DNA of 5,362 bases from Paramicrosporidium saccamoebae KSL3 (lineage: Eukaryota; Fungi; Cryptomycota). Positions within the stretch are counted from its first letter, which is position 1, and the number at the start of each line of letters is the position of its first letter. Both the position numbers and the translations under genes were made by a program. Below, in pieces: positions 5,184 to 5,362 of this stretch. The notes under the pieces were generated by a model, which saw nothing but the letters and a program-made list of their open reading frames with translations, was not told where the DNA came from and did not search any database. Where the stretch lies: the NCBI GenBank assembly GCA_002794465.1, contig MTSL01000214.1, forward strand, positions 343-5,704. The letters run 5' to 3'.

Positions 5184-5362
5184 TGGTGATACTACGCATT
5201 CATTCTGTCGGGTGGGGAGAGTCTATCCACAATTATTAATCCACCTTGTCCGCAGCGTCTATTCACGATGTATGAAAGATAAGGGCGCTTCGCAGTTTGT
5301 CCTGTGGTGTCGCACCTGTCTACGTAGAGGAGACTCTTATTGCACACGCCAAGTCGGGACTT

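Noticed and set aside
1-5362. Assignment to a known mobile element (Starship, Helitron, DDE transposon) or a RIP-mutated copy
   Set aside because: I see no tyrosine recombinase, HUH/helicase or DDE motifs, no terminal inverted repeats and no target-site duplication. The frames are nearly intact rather than riddled with stops. Starships can carry Myb/SANT genes, but that can only be tested with flanking sequence.

Overview
This window looks like eukaryotic genomic DNA, probably fungal (an inference from the Myb domain, short GT..AG intron candidates and CAACATG start contexts). Almost all of its coding signal is one long minus-strand locus (about 4904 to 1013) that the ORF track splits into three pieces. 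ORFs 4904-3669 and 3662-1851 share a reading frame and are separated by a single TAG. The third piece, 1804-1013, can be joined through a 64-nt (or 58-nt) GT..AG intron candidate. The reconstructed protein is about 1,270 aa. From N to C it has an unknown domain, an acidic repeat tract, a large uncharacterised core (VVDIDG, KVNFY and GIRAELR motifs), a TRF/telobox-type Myb domain cut inside helix 3, a 96-aa two-part repeat linker and a probable winged helix. Upstream is a TATA-centred perfect palindrome with three TAACGG (Myb-consensus) sites. Downstream, at the left edge, are about 4 degenerate copies of a ~170-bp C/A-rich tandem repeat with an internal (CTTACA)n expansion. I found no RNA genes, CRISPR array, recognisable transposase or element termini. 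All domain calls were made by eye and have not been checked by any search.
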